Source: the human T2T-CHM13v2.0 reference genome, Homo sapiens. Taken from it: a stretch of 64,000 nucleotides of DNA. The notes beneath the pieces were generated by a model, which saw only the letters and a list, made by a program, of their open reading frames with translations, searched no databases and was not told the origin of the DNA. Below, piece by piece: positions 38,791-54,564 of the stretch. Every line of letters starts with the position of its first letter. The first letter of the stretch is position 1. Made by a program: the position numbers and the translations under genes. The stretch is from the NCBI RefSeq assembly GCF_009914755.1, contig NC_060925.1, one strand, 5' to 3'.

Positions 38791-41149
38791 AATAGTGGGC
38801 TGTCTCCTTGCCCTCATGACCTCCCTTCCTCTCCTAGCATCTAAGAATAGTCTCCACCTAGTTAGCCTGGTCCATATCCCAACTCCAGAGGATGTGCCAA
38901 GAAATCCAAACTGCCTGTACACCCTTATGAACTTCACCTCTTTTACTTGCAAATAGATACAACTATATAATTAATATTTATATCAGTACAAACTCATTCT
39001 TCAATATGCAACTAGTGGATACTGACTTTTATACTAAGCTGAAGCAAATATGATGATGTGGATGTAACCTTTAGTACAATGCTTAGTAGCTCCATAAATG
39101 TTGCTATCATTATTTGAATTAGTTTTCATAAAAAATATAACTAGTTGCTGACAAAATTTCTCAAACAAAAGCCATTACATGGAAAACTGTGCTTCTGTTA
39201 TCTGTTAATTATTATTTCCATTGTCCCAAAGTAGGATTTTCAGAATGGGTATCTCTCCCAGCCTTCACTTTCTCTTTCTCTGTATAGTGTTTGTGTGTGT
39301 ATGTGTGTGTGTGTTGTGCATGAAAATATACTCTATGAAAGAAACTTCTGGCTCAATAACTATTTGTATGATTTGCTCGGGATTCTGTCATTATGCCAGC
39401 TGAACCTGACTCGCCACCAATCAATGCAGCAAAATGGTGAACATTTGTCCATTTTATTGGATGGTGGGCAAGGAAGACTGTCTCAACAGATAGAGTCAAC
39501 ATTTATGAGTGTTTGGATTTCATGAAATTATGTCTTATCCATGAAATATCTTTGCCTCTTGAGTACTTAGAAAAAAGTTCTCAGCTCCTGTGTATGTTGA
39601 AACTTGGAGGCACCAATTGAGGGCTGAAGTATTTTAATAAGGAGGTGATTACTTTTTCTTATGTTGTAAAATACACACCTTGAGACTGGAAGCCAGCAAA
39701 GGCTTTCAAGCATCTTAAGTTTTGCTCATTGAAAAAGGGAAAGCAGAAGTATTAGTAGAGCACCAACTGTGGGCCACCCACCTCACAACAATCCTCACAA
39801 TACCTTTACAGGCAGGTATTATTCATTTATTACAGCTAAAGGCTGTGAAATGAAAAATGGCCAAAAATCATTTACAAATTGACAGAGTGAGAAGAGTGTG
39901 GCTTTAGCCTTAGAGCTAACCCACAAAGACTATGTTCTTTGTCACGCTACAATATTTCTTTGGTGAGTGTTATGCCTCATAATACTCAGACTGCAAATGC
40001 TCAAACATCTTTGTAAATCTCTCTTTGAGAATATCCTTAATAGCGCTTTCCTCGGTTAAAGAAATCATCAGCATTATTACAATATCACCACATCTGCTTT
40101 TTGACCCAGAAGGAAATTATTCACTTTGCCAGACTTAGTTCTAAACACCTTTTGCTTGTTTTTAGAAATTAAAATCACCATGAAAGTGTCAAAGTTTGCT
40201 CCACTGAATATATCTAGTTTCTAAATAAATCAAAAACAATTCCAAAAGGGAACACTACAATGTTTTAAAATGGCAGCATCTATGAAATGAATATACAACT
40301 CAATTGTGTGGCCACATGCAGCCCCCCTTACATCTTGCCTTGCTCTTACTGCTGGTCATTTATCTATCCTATCTCATCTTGTTCTAACTTTCTTCCTGAA
40401 GGAGAAAGAGCTCCAGTGTGTACAAAAAACAAAGTGGAGGACATAGAGAAACTTTGTGGCTGTTGTTCCCCAAAGAATAGGGTTTGATTATCCCCACACC
40501 CAGGCCTGGGAGACACAATAAAGAAATCTGGAAGTTAGCTCCCTCTCTTTTCCTCATGCTCTTCTACACCCATCATAGTGAGGTGGAGCCATCGGAGTGG
40601 TAAGGTGGAACTGAGATTTCTGCCTTGTGCCATCTTCAAGCACCAATTCCAGTTTTTGGTTATTATGGCCTAGTGTCAGCTCTTTTTGAGAAATAAAGAG
40701 AGTAGTTGCTCAAACCAAGGAATATAGAAGAGGAGAAAGCTCAGTGGGTGTGGAGGAGCATCTTGAAACAGCCTAGGAAAGCTGTTCTCAGTAGTAACAA
40801 ATGACAACAGGACTAAGTAAACTCTCCTTGAGATCCTCAGAAGCACTTGAGAAAGGCACTGAGCTTCCTGACGGCAGCAAAAACAGGAAATTGAATGATG
40901 ATCTTTAGGAAATTATAGACAAAGTGCAACTTGGCAGGCAGGAGAACTTGGGGATATTTGAGTTTTGTAAATAGACATCGAGATAGTTTTGAAAATAGAC
41001 AACAAATTCTATCATGTTAATTTAAAAATGTTAAAAATTAGCATTTTATATTCACAGATCTTACAGCTCTGCTGGGCCCATTAATCTCCTTTACATATAG
41101 TAGATAATGTACAAAAGAGCTCTTATCACACTGATTGACACCTAGTAAA

Positions 41150-41740
41150 AGTTTAATATCTGGCAACTTTTATTGAAATTGTGATATTTGCAGAATTGTA
41201 GTAAATCAGAGAAATGCCATAAGTCTAGATGAGCAACTACTATTTTGATTCCTAAAAAGAAAAGGAAGATGAATTTCATAAATCCTGAGAAGGCTGGCAT
41301 TGACCCTAGCAAGTTGTTATGGTGTATAGTTTGTAGGCATCTAGAAGTGGTAGCGGTAATGATTAAGGACTTAGGCAGTATTGCGCTCACAAAGAACAAA
41401 TCATGCCAGACCAGCACCATTTATTTCATTCATAGTATTATTATTAGATGGCTGTATTAGGGAAATGAAATAGGCCTAGTGTAGTTGGATTTCAGCAGGG
41501 CACATAACAAGCTCCTTCATGCTACTCTCTGGACAGGAAGAAATATGAACTGGGCTTAAGGTAAGTAAATTAGAAACTTTGCAAATGACTATATCCAAAA
41601 GGTAATTAACAAATTATCACAAATTTGAAGGAACTGTGAGCAGCGCCTAATAGAACACTGTCCTAATCAAACTTTTGATCACTGATGTGAATGGAGCAGC
41701 TTTGAAGAAACTATTTTATCATTTGTCCAACATGCTGTAT
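41150..41740 (+). mobile_element. CR1/L3 LINE reverse-transcriptase fossil
   Basis: Conceptual translation LTKNKSCQT resembles CR1 ORF2 'FTKxKSCxTNL'; downstream 'ttggatttcagcagggca' reads LDFSRA, like RT motif 'YLDFSKAFD'. Confidence 0.7.
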
Positions 41741-42493
41741 CTTCAGGATATTTTTAATTCCTATGGTGTATGGAGTGTATTTGGCTCTTTTTTCTCTTCC
41801 TTCTCTCTTTTCCTCTTCACATTCTGGAAAGGATAGAAAATGTGATAGTAACAGGATCCATATCCCAGAAGATCATTTGTTATCTAATGTTTTGTCCTGC
41901 TGTCATGTAACTGATAAATTTTACATACAGGAAACTCCTCTGTGGATATATTCAGATCCTCATTAACCTAAAAAAAATGTTGTAGAGAAATAAAACACAT
42001 AATAATTTGTTAATTGCCAAATTATGATGCGTTGAGAAGGCTTGAATAAGATGTGAGAATCCATGGCAGGGCACATTATTGGACACCTCTTTAAACTGAT
42101 ATATTCTTTACATATTTGTTCAATGTTTATTTAGCACTGAATTCCATGTTGGGAGTATAGACTCAGAAGACCAGTTGTAATACCCCACACATTTTCTTCT
42201 ATTCCCTGATTTGTTCAAGCCTGCTAACGTGTTTGCAGGATAAAAGTCCTTCAGTTACCTGGAATTATCCTTCTGAGAAGGTAATTTACCAATCATCTGC
42301 TGTTATACCCTACAAGCCTTCTATATCCTAATCAATACCTTGAAATAATCCTGTTAACCACATACATACTTTCTTTTGAAAACTGTATTGGTAGTGCCTT
42401 TCCAGTGATGTTTTAGGGCCTTCATAGATTAAAATCTTGAAAAACAGCAGGCTAGTAATCCAGCTCCATGCATCAGTAAGAGTTCCTTATTAC

Positions 42494-42626
42494 CAAGTGA
42501 CCATATAATTTATCATTCAAACTAGGACACTTTGGAGAGTGGAAGGAGGAGCTATTAATAATGTTGCAGTAACAGCAGAGGTCACATGGGACTGCCCCAG
42601 ACCAACCAGGATGCAAGGTCATCCTA
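42494..42626 (+). mobile_element. MER94-like hAT non-autonomous DNA transposon
   Basis: 'gtgaccatataatttatcattcaaactaggacactttggagagtg...gctattaataat...ggtcatccta', ~133 bp with degenerate TIRs. Confidence 0.8.
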
Positions 42627-42754
42627 CTCATAATGACTCACCTGCTGCAGAGAAAACAAAAGGTGACAGTTTAGGATGAATCCTTGGTCTTTTTCGTTGC
42701 AAGCCATTTTCAAACAAATCCAGAGTGTTCCTCTTCTATGAGGTCTTATACCTA

Positions 42755-42843
42755 GTGTGTGGCCATACCACCATGAACGTGACCAATCTCATCTGATCTT
42801 GGAAACTAAGCAGGTTTGGGCCTGGTTAGTACTTGCATAGAAG
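42755..42843 (+). pseudogene. 5S rRNA pseudogene (nt 1-~89, 3'-truncated)
   Basis: 'ggccataccaccatgaacgtgaccaatctcatctgatcttggaaactaagcaggtttgggcctggttagtacttg' is collinear with 5S rRNA; candidate TSD GAG(G/C)TCTTATA at 42740-42750 and 42844-42854. Confidence 0.9.
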
Positions 42844-43417
42844 GAGCTCTTATAGAAAAACATACCTTCCTGAAAAACATACCCTTATTCCTAGATTTTT
42901 GGGGAAGTGCATCTCACTCTGAGTACAGCCACCTCCTTTGCTCTGCTCTCAGGGCAGGACGAAGCATAAGTTCCCATCTTGAGTCTTTTCCAAGGCAGGA
43001 TAAAATACCGGTCCCTGTGTCCCTTGACCTCCAATGAACACAAGTCAAGTGTTCCAGGTCGTTCTCATTTAGACCCTTTCACCTGACTTGAGGTGAGGGG
43101 AACACCTCTACCCTCCTTATGCAGGCTGGAGGTGTGTGCTCAGTTTATGAACAGAGGGCCAGTTAATGGCTACTCCGTATGCAAAACCTACACAGAATGT
43201 CCGTAATCTCACTTTAAAATGCAGTTGTGTTTGAAATCTGTCATTTCACCTTTGACCTTAGAAGTCATTGCTTATGAAAATGTCCTGTAATTTCCTGTTA
43301 TGCTTTTGTATTGTGCCAGCAACCTAAAACAAAAGTTCTTCTTAGAAATCATACCTAAAAATTTTCTTATGCAAATGTCTTTGATGACCCTATTCACTAC
43401 TTCAAACACTATTCTTG

Positions 43418-43925
43418 GCAGACAGTGCTAGTTACCTATTCAGTTTCCAGTCTCTCTTTCTTCCCTGATGATGAAAAACTGATTTTATTTGGTGGGGTAT
43501 TCAGCCTGGTTAAAAAAGATTCATCCTCAGACTTCCTTGAAAATAGATATTAACATGTGACCCTATTCTGTTCACTGAGATACGAGTGGCAATTACTGGT
43601 TGAGGTTTCTGAGAAAGCTTTTAAAAAGGACAAAGTTGATTCACACCCTTTTGCCTTGTGCTCTTTTCTCCTCCTTTCTGTCTGGCCTGCAGACATGATG
43701 CTTGAAGTACAGCTGCCATCTTAAGACCATAAAATCAAAACCACACAGTACAGATGGCAGAGCAGGAAGATAAGAGGGGCCCAGCTCACTGAATCATTGT
43801 CTTACTCTACAATGCCAATACTCGAACTTGTTACATGCTGCAACTAAATCTGTTATTCTGTAAACCACTTTCTGAGGGATTTTCTGTTGCTGGCAATTGA
43901 ATTCGTTGTGTTTCTGACTGATAGA
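43418..43925 (+). mobile_element. Old ERVL LTR (LTR33/LTR16-like)
   Basis: 'catgtgaccctattctg', 'tgatgcttgaagtacagctgccatctt', 3' 'gattttctgttgc'. Confidence 0.5.
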
Positions 43926-46285
43926 GTTCTCTGAGAATGCAGTATCTTTCTACCTGGAGTAAGGAGGAGGTAAAATACAACAATGCACATGCACACACAC
44001 TCTTCTGAGAACAATGAGATGCTCCCCAATTATTTTCTCCAGCTCTCATAAAACTTGCCTGGGAGAGGGAGCAGCAGTAAAGACAGTAAAAATAAAAAGC
44101 TGTTTCTCTAAGATTTCCCTGATATGTGGAAATTACAAGACTGCCTTGTTTTGTATACTAAATCACAAGACATAACATCAAGGATTTCTTTCTCATGGAG
44201 CTATGGTTTGATTATGCAGGAATATGGAATGAATGTGTCCAACTGCACATTTACTCACTAATTCTATGATGGAGTATTTCCTCTGTGCCCAGGATAGCCA
44301 GAATGGAGAAGAGGCAGGAGAAAGCATCACACTGTGTGGCCTCCTTGGTCTGACAGCAGTTTTGATACCCCCAGGGCATATCACTAGCTTTTGAAATTAG
44401 TGAATTCATGGGAAGGGGTGTTTGTAAAAAAATGAAAAAAAATCTTTTAGGGTCCTGGCAAGCAGCATAAAGATGTGTGAAATGTGAAGTGACAGATATA
44501 AGACAATTGGTAATGGTGGGGTCTGTCAAACTAGAGAGGGCAAGCTGGCTTAAAGGATTGAGCCAGCATTTAAAAAATTCATTGCTAACTCCCCACCCCC
44601 TAAAGAAACATGTTGTATAGAGCTATCCAAAGAGAGATAAAAAGTTTTTCTTTCTGGGTTTATTGAGGATAGTTGCAAAAGGAGACAACAAAGGGGAAAA
44701 CAGAAGCAAAATAATATAGCCAATATGTCTCTTGCTAGCTAAGGGAAATATTTTATGAGCCCTAAGAAACTGCTCAGGAACCCCAAGATTTAATTAGGGA
44801 ATAACTGAGTAGGTCCTTAACTCTCATAATTGGTAGATACAAAGCCAAATAATGTACTTTTGTTATTATAATTATGTCTTCATTTTTATCTTCAACCTGA
44901 TATAGCCCGGACATTTCTTGTTTCTGTGAATAGTTTTGCAGTTATGTTGATGGGTAATAAAGTACATTCATTTCAGGCACCATACATTTCAATCATCTTT
45001 GACCACATAGGACATGATCAATAAGTGTTTGTTGAACTAATGAAGGAAGCTTCAGTTGTGCCTGGTAATATTAGTGATGATGATGATAAAAGCTATGATA
45101 ATACTAACAGTAAATATGATTTATTGAGTGATTATTGTGTATAAGACAGTATCCATGGATAATCTTTAAAGGTGACAAAACAGTGTTGAGGAGGAGTTAT
45201 AAAAATTTGTGAAGCCAGCTTGAGGCAGAGCAGGATGGCTGAATAGAAGCCTCTGCTGATTGTCCTCCCTGCAGGAACACCAAATTGAACAACCATCCAT
45301 ACAAGAAAGCAACTTCATGAGAACCAAATATCAAGTGAGTGATCACACTACCTGGTTTTAACTTTATATCACTGAAAGAGGCACTGAAGAGGGTAGGACA
45401 GACAGTCTTGAATTTCCAATGCCACCCACCACCCCATCCACCTGTGGTGGCTGTGTAGCATGGATAAATAATCTATGTGCTTTGGGGAGTGAGAGTGCAG
45501 TATTGTGGGACTTTGCATTGGAACTCAATGCTGCCCTGTCACAGTGGAAAGCAACACTGGCCAGAACTTAGACAGTGCCCACAGAGAGAGCATTCAGACA
45601 GCTGTATCCAGAGTGGAATCAACCATCTTAGCAGTCAGAATGTGAGTTCTGGCAAGTCTTTCCATCACAGACCAAAGTGCTCTGGAATCCTAAATAAATT
45701 TGAAAGGTAGTCTAGCCACAAAAACTGCAGTTGCTGGGCAAGTCCTGGTGTTGTGCTGCATTTGGAGCCAGTGGACTTTGGGAGCATGTGACCTAGTGAG
45801 ACACCAGCTGGGAAGGCCAAGGGAGGGCTCGCATTACCTCTTCCCCAACGCCAGGGACTGCAGCTTACAGCTCTGGGAGAACTCCTTCCTTCCACTTGAG
45901 GAGAGGAAAGAGTAAAGAGGACTTTATTTTGCAACTTGGATACCAGCTGAGCCCCAGTAGAATATAGCATTAGGCAGAGTCCTGAGGCCCCCATCTCAAG
46001 CCCTAGCTCCTGGATGACATTTCTAGACACACCCATTGCCCTGAAGGGAAAGACCCAGTCCTGGAAGGATTCACCATCTGCTGACTAAAGAGCCCTTAGG
46101 CCCTGAATAATCAGAAGTGGTACCCAGGCAGTACTTGCTGTGGGTTTTGGGTGAGAGTCAGAGAGTGCTAGCTTCAGCAGTGACCCAGCACATTCCCAGA
46201 AGTGGTAGGTATGGGGAGGGACCCCTTCTGCTTGAAAAAAAGAGAGGGAAAGTAAAGGGGACTTTTTCTTGCAGCTTAGTTATCA

Positions 46286-46588
<303 letters not shown>

Positions 46589-48737
46589 TCAGCTGCAGTA
46601 GAATAGAGAACCAGGTAGATTCCTAAGGTTTTCAACTCCAGGCCCTTGTTCCCAGATGAGGGACCCACCCAGAGCCAGGGAAACTCACTGCCCTGAAGGG
46701 AAGGACACAAGGCTTACTGGTTTTGCCATCTACTGATTGTAGGGCTAGTACCTTGAGCAAACATAGGCGGTAGCCAGGCAATGGTTACTGCAGGCCTTAG
46801 GTGAGACCCAGTGGTGTGCTGGCTTCAGGTCTGACCCAGTGCAGTCTCAAGGGTGGTGGCCACATGGGTGCTTGTGTCACGCATGCCTCAGATCCAAGCA
46901 GCTCAGAAGAGAGAGAGGGAGACTCTGTTTGGGAAAAAGCAAGGGAAGAGAATAAGACTCCCTACCTAGTAATCTAGAGAGTTCTAGATTTTATCTAAGA
47001 CTACCAAGGCAGTACTTCTATGGGTCTGTTAGAGACACAGTGTTATTAGGCCTGGGGTGCCCCCTAATGCAGTTACAGCTGCAGTGACTGAAAAATTATA
47101 TTACAACACTGTAGTCCCCTTGAATAGCTGGAAAGCCTTTCCAAGAAGCATGGGTACAAACAAGCCAAGACTGCAAAGACTGCAATAAATACTTAACTGT
47201 TCAATGCTGAGACACCACTGAATAGCATCAAAACCATTCAGGAAATCATGACCAAACCAAGTAAATAAGAGACCAAAGGTCAGTTTTGAAGAAATAGAGA
47301 GATACGACCTTTCAGAAAGATAATTCAGAATAGCTGTTTTGAGAAAAGTCAATGAAATTCAAGGTAACACAGAGAAGATATTCAGAATCCTATCAGATAA
47401 TTTTAAAAGAGACATTAAAATAAAAAAAATTAAGCAGAAATTCTGGAGTTGAAAAACACAGTTGACATACTGAAGAATGCATCAGAATATCTTAACAGCA
47501 GATCAACCAGGCCAAAGAAAGAATTGATGAGCTTGAAAACAGGCTATTAGAAAAGACATGGTCAGAAGAGACAACAGAAAAAAAGAATAAAAAATAATGA
47601 AGCATGCCTGCAAGATCTGGAAAATAGCCTCAAAAGGGCAAATCTAAGTAAGGTTTATTGACCTTAAAGAGGGAGCGGAAAGAGAGAGAGAGGGGTAGAA
47701 AGTTTATTCAAAGGGATAATAACAGAGAACTTTCTAAACTGGGAGAAAGACATCAATATTCAAGTACAAGAAGGTTATAGAACACCAAGTAGATTTAACC
47801 CAAAGAAAACTACCTCAAGACATTTAATCCAAACATCCAAAAGTCAAGCATACAGAAAGGATCCTAGAAGCAGCAAGAGAAAAGAAACAAATGACATACA
47901 ATGGAGCTCCAATACATCTGGCAGCAGACTTCTCTGTGGAAACATTAGAGGCCAGAAAAGAGTGGCACAACATATTTAAAAGGCTGAAGGAAAAAAAAAA
48001 CTTTTATCCTAGAATAGTCTATCTGGCAAAAATATTCTTCAAACATGAAGGATATATATAAAGACTTTCTCAGACAAACAAAAGCTGAGGAATTTTATCA
48101 ACATCTAACTTGTCCTAAAAGAAATGCTAAAGGGGATTCTTTAATCTGAAGGAAAAGACTATTTATATAAAATGAGGAATCATAAATCATCTGAAAGTAC
48201 AAAACTCACTGGTAATAGTAAGTACACAGAAAAACACAGAATATTATAATACTATAATTGTGGTTTATAAACTACTCATATCTTGAGTAGAAAGACTAGA
48301 AGATGAACAAATCAAAAATAATATCTAGAACAACTTTTCAAGACATAGTACAATAAGACATAAATAGAAGCAACAAAAAGTTAAAAAGGAGGAAGACAAA
48401 GTTAAAGTGTAGGGTTTTTATTAGTATTCTCTTTGCTTGTTTCTTTATGCAATCAGTGTTAAGTTGTCATCACTTTAAAATAATAGGTTGTAAGATATTA
48501 TTTGCAATCCTCATGATAACAACAAATAATAAAATACAACAGATACACAAAAAATTTAAAAGCAAGAAATTAAAACATATCACCAGAGAAAATCATCTTC
48601 ACTAAAAGAAGAAAGGAAGAAAGGAAATAAGGAGGAAAAGACCACAGAACAACCAGAAAACAAATAACAAAATGGCAGGAATTTTTACTTATCAGTGATA
48701 ACATTGAAGGTAAATGGACTAATCTCTCCAATCAAAA

Positions 48738-49059
<322 letters not shown>

Positions 49060-50008
49060 TAGAGTGGCTGATTAAAAAAAAAAAAAAGACCCAATCATCT
49101 GTTGCCTACAAGAAAAACACACTTCACCTATATAGACAGACATAGACTGAAAATAAAGGGATGGGAAAAGATATTCCATGCAAATGGAAACCATAAAAGA
49201 GCCGGAGTAGCTATATTTATATCAGCCACAATAGATTTCAAGATGGAAATGATAAAAAGAGACAAAGAATGTCATTATACAATGATAAAGGGGCCAATTC
49301 AGCAAGAGGATATAACAATTGTAAATATATATGCACCTTAAACTGAAGCACTCAGATATATAAAGCAAATAGTATTAGAGCTAAAGAGAGAGTTAGACTC
49401 TGATATAATATGATATAATAATAGCTGGAGACTGCAACATCCCACTTTCATCATCCAAATAGAAAATCAACAAAGAAACATCAGACTTATTATTTACTAT
49501 AGGCCAAATGGACCTAATAGATATTTATAGAACATTCATCCAATAGCTGCAGAATATACATTCTTCTCAACATATGAATCATTCTCAAAGATAGACCATA
49601 TGTTAGGCTACAAAACAAGTCTTAAAAATTTTTTTAAATGAAATTATATCAAGTATCTTCTCAGATTGCAATAAAATAAAACCAGAAATCAATAACAAGA
49701 GGAATTTTGGAAACTATACAAATACAAGGAAATTAAACAATATGCTCCTGAATGGCCAGTGGCTCAATGAAGGAAATGAGGAGAAAATTTTAAAAATGTT
49801 TGAAACAAATAATAATGGAAACACAACATACCAAAACCTATGGTATAGAACAAAAGCAGTAGAACTAAGAGAAAAGTTTACAGCTATAAGTGCCTAAATG
49901 TTAAAAAAGTAGAAAAACTTCAAATAAACAACCTAATGATGCATCTTAAAGAATTAGAAAAGCAAGAGCAAACCAAATCCAAAATTAGTAGTAGAAAAGA
50001 AACAATAT

Positions 50009-50323
50009 GTCTGGGAGTGGTGGCTCATGCCTGTAATCCCAGCGCTTTGGGAGGCGAAGGCAAAGCAGATCACCTGAGGTCAGGAGTTTGAGACCAGCCC
50101 AGCCAACATAGTAAAACCCTAACTCTACTAAAAGTACAAAAACTAGCTGCATGTGGTGGCACATGCCTGTAATTTCAGCTACTCAGAAGGCTAAGGCACA
50201 AGGAGGTGGAGGATGCAATGAGCTGAGATTGCACCACTGCACTCCAGCCTCGGTGACAGAGTAAGACTGAAAAAAAAAAGATGAAAGAAAGAAAAAAAGA
50301 AAGAAAGTAGGAAGGAAGGAAGG
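50009..50323 (+). mobile_element. Alu (AluS-like, small right-arm deletion) nested in L1MA
   Basis: Dimeric Alu, (GAAA/GGAA)n tail. Confidence 0.92.
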
Positions 50324-50425
50324 ATATCAGAGCAGAAATAAATGAAATTGAAATGAAGAAAACAATACAAAAGATCAATAAAAGGAAAAGTTGGTTCTTT
50401 GAAAAGATAAAATCAACAAACCTTT

Positions 50426-50643
50426 TTTTTTCTTTTTTTTTAAATTTAAGTTTTAGGGTACATGTGCACAACGTGCAGGTTAGTTACATATGTATACATG
50501 TGCCATGTTGGTGTGCTGCACCCATTGACTCATCATTTAACATTAGGTATATATATCTCCTAATGCTATCCCTCCCCCTTCCCCCGACCCCACAATGGGC
50601 CCCAGTGTGTGTGATGTTCCCCTTCCTGTCTCCATGTGTTCTC
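50426..50643 (-). mobile_element. Short L1PA 3'UTR nested antisense in L1MA
   Basis: 'ttaagttttagggtacatgtgcacaacgtgcaggttagttacatatg'; perfect direct repeat ATAAAATCAACAAACCTTT at 50407-50425 and 50644-50662. Confidence 0.93.
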
Positions 50644-51228
50644 ATAAAATCAACAAACCTTTAGCCAGACTAAGAAAAAGAGAGAGAAGACCCCAGTAAA
50701 TAAAATCAGAGATGACAAATGAGACATTACAACCTATACCATAGAAAATCAAAGGGTCATTGGAGCCTACTATGAGCAACTATGTGCCAATAAATTGCAA
50801 AACCTAGGAGAAACGGATAAATTCCTAGACACATACAACCTACCAAGATTGGACCATGAAGAAATCCAAAACCTGAACAGATGAATAACAAGTAAGGAGA
50901 TCAAAGCCATAATAAAACTGTCCCAGCAAAGAAAAGCCAGGGACCCAATGGCTTCACTGCTGAATTTTACCAAACATTTAAATAAAAACTAATACGAGTC
51001 GTATTTAAACTATTCTGAAAAATAGAGGAGGAGGGAATACTTCCAAGCTCATTGTATGAGGCCAGTAATTCCCTGATACCAAAACCAGACAAAGACATTA
51101 AAAAAAAAAAAAAAACTTCAGGCCAATATTCTTGGTGAATATTGATGCAGAAATCCTCAGCAACATACTAGCAAACTGAATTCAACACCACATTAGAAAG
51201 ATTAGTCATCATGACTGAGATTTATCCC

Positions 51229-51284
51229 ATGCAAGGATGCAAGGATGCAAGGATGCAAGGATGCAAGGACTCAAGGATGCAAGG
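51229..51284 (+). repeat. (ATGCAAGG)x7 tandem repeat inside L1 RT region
   Basis: Six perfect units plus one variant ACTCAAGG. Confidence 0.95.
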
Positions 51285-52724
51285 ATGGTACAACATATGC
51301 AAATCAATCACTGTGATACATCATATCGACAGAATGAAGGGCAAACATCATATAATCATTTCAATTGATGCTGAAAATGCATTTGATAAAATTCAACATC
51401 CCTTCAAGGTAAGAATCCTAAAAAAAACTGGGTATAGAAGGAACATACTTCAACATGATAAAAGCTATATATAACATACCGACAGTTAGTAGCATACTAA
51501 ATAGGGAAAAACTGAAAGTCCTTCCTCTAAGGTCTGAAGCATGACAAGGATGCCCACTTTCACCACTGTTATTCAACATAACACTAGAAATCCTAGCTAG
51601 AGCAATCAGAAAAGAGAAAGAAATAAAGGCATTCAGATTGGAAAGAAAGAAGTCAAATTTTCCTTGTTTGCAGATATTATGATCTTATATTTGGAAAAAC
51701 CTGAAGACCCCACGAGAATACTATTAGAACTTATCAAAACATTAAGTAAAGTTGCAGAATACAAAATCAACATATAAAATCAATAGCATTTCTGTATGCC
51801 AACAGCAAACAATCTTAAAAAGAAATCAAGAAAGTAATCCCATTTATAATAGCTACAAATAAAATAAAATACCTAGGAACTTAACCAAAGAAGTGAAAGA
51901 TCTCTACAGTGAAAACTATAAAACATTGAAGGAAAAAATGCTCAAGAGGACCCTAAAAAATAGAAAAAGATTCCATGTTCATGGATTGGAAGAATCAATA
52001 TTGTTTAAATGTCCATATTACCCAAAGAATCTACAGACTCAATGCAATCCCCTTCAAAAGACTAATGACAGTCTTCACAGAAAAAAAAACAATTCTAAAA
52101 TGTATATAGGATCACAAAAGACCCAGAATAGCCAAAGATATCCTCAGCAAAAAGAATAAAACTGGAGGAATCACATTACCTGATTTCAAATTATATTACA
52201 GAGCTATAGTAACCAAAACAGCATGCTACTGGTATAAAAACAGACACATAGACCAGTGGAACAGAATAGAGAATCCATAAACAAATTCATACACCAATAA
52301 TGAGTTCATTTTCAACAAATATGCCAAGAACTTACATTGTGAAAAAGACAATCTCTCCAATAAATGATGCTGGGAAAACTGGAAGTCCCTATGCAGACAA
52401 ATGAAACTAGACCCCTGTCTTCCAGCATATACAAACATCAAATCAAAATGGATTAAAGATTTAAATCTAAGTTCTTAAACTGTGATACTACTAAAAGAAA
52501 ACTTTGAGGAAACTCTCCAGGACATTGGACTGGGCAAAGACTTCTTTAGTAATACCCAACAAGCACAGGCAACCAAATTAAAAATAGACAAATGGAATTG
52601 CATCAAGTTATAAGCCTTCTGCACAGCAAAGAAAACAATACACAAAGTGAAGAGACAACCCACAGAATGAGAGTAAATATTTGCAAACTACCCATCTGGC
52701 AAGGGATTAATAACCAGAATACAA

Positions 52725-53382
<658 letters not shown>

Positions 53383-54564
53383 ATAATTTAATTTTTTTAA
53401 AATGAAAGATCTGAAAAGACATTTCTGAAAAGAGGACATACAAATGGTAAACAGGTATATGGTGCTCAACATCATTGATCATCAGAGAAATGCAAATCAA
53501 AATTACAATGAGATATCATCTCACACCAGTTAAAGTGGCTTTTATTGAAAAGACAGGTAATAACAAATGCTGGTGAGGATGTGGAGAAATGGGAACCCTT
53601 ATATAGCGTTGGTGGGAATGTAACTTAGTACAACCACTATGGAGAACAACTTGAGATTCCTCAGAAAACTAAATATACAGCTACTATATAACCCAGCAAT
53701 CCCACTGCTAGATATACCAAAAAGAAAGAAAATTAATATATTGAAGAAATATCTGCACTCCTATGTTTATTGCAGCACTATTCACAATAGCCAAGATTTG
53801 GAAACAACCTAAGTGTCCATCAATAGATTAATGGATAAAGAAAGCATGGTACCTATAACTATGGAGTATTATTTAGTCTTAAGAAAGAATGAGATCCTGT
53901 CATTTGCAACGTGGATGGAACTGCACGTCATTATGTTAAGTGAAATAAGCCAGGCACAGAAAGACGAATTTCACATATTCTCACTTATTTGGGGAACTAA
54001 AAATGGAAACAGCTGAACTCATGAAGATATAAAGTAGGACAATGGTTACCAGAGGCTGGGAAGGGTAGTCAGAGGTTAGGGGGAGTGGGGATGATGAATG
54101 GGTACAAAATATAGTTAGATAGAATGAATAACATCTAGTATTTGATAGCACAACAGAGTGACTATAGTCAACAATCATTTATTGTACAAATGTACAATAA
54201 ATAACCAAAATAGCTAAAAAAGTATAATTGGATTATTTGTAACACAAAGAAAGGATAAATGCTTGAGGTGATGCGTACCCTATTTACCCTGATATGATTA
54301 TTATGCATTGTATGCCTGTATCAAGATGTCTTATGTATCCCATATATATACACACACACATCTACTATGTACCTATAAAAATTAAAAGTTAATAATTAAA
54401 AAAAATTTGAAGCCAGACAATTAAGTGGCAGAACCTGGAATCAAAGCCAGTCTCACTCACAGGCAGAAACTTTTTACGTCTTTGCTCCTTAGGTTGAGTT
54501 TAAGGCCTCTTATATAGTGACTTCTAGCATTTCCACAAAATTTACCAGTATTTCTGAAATTACC

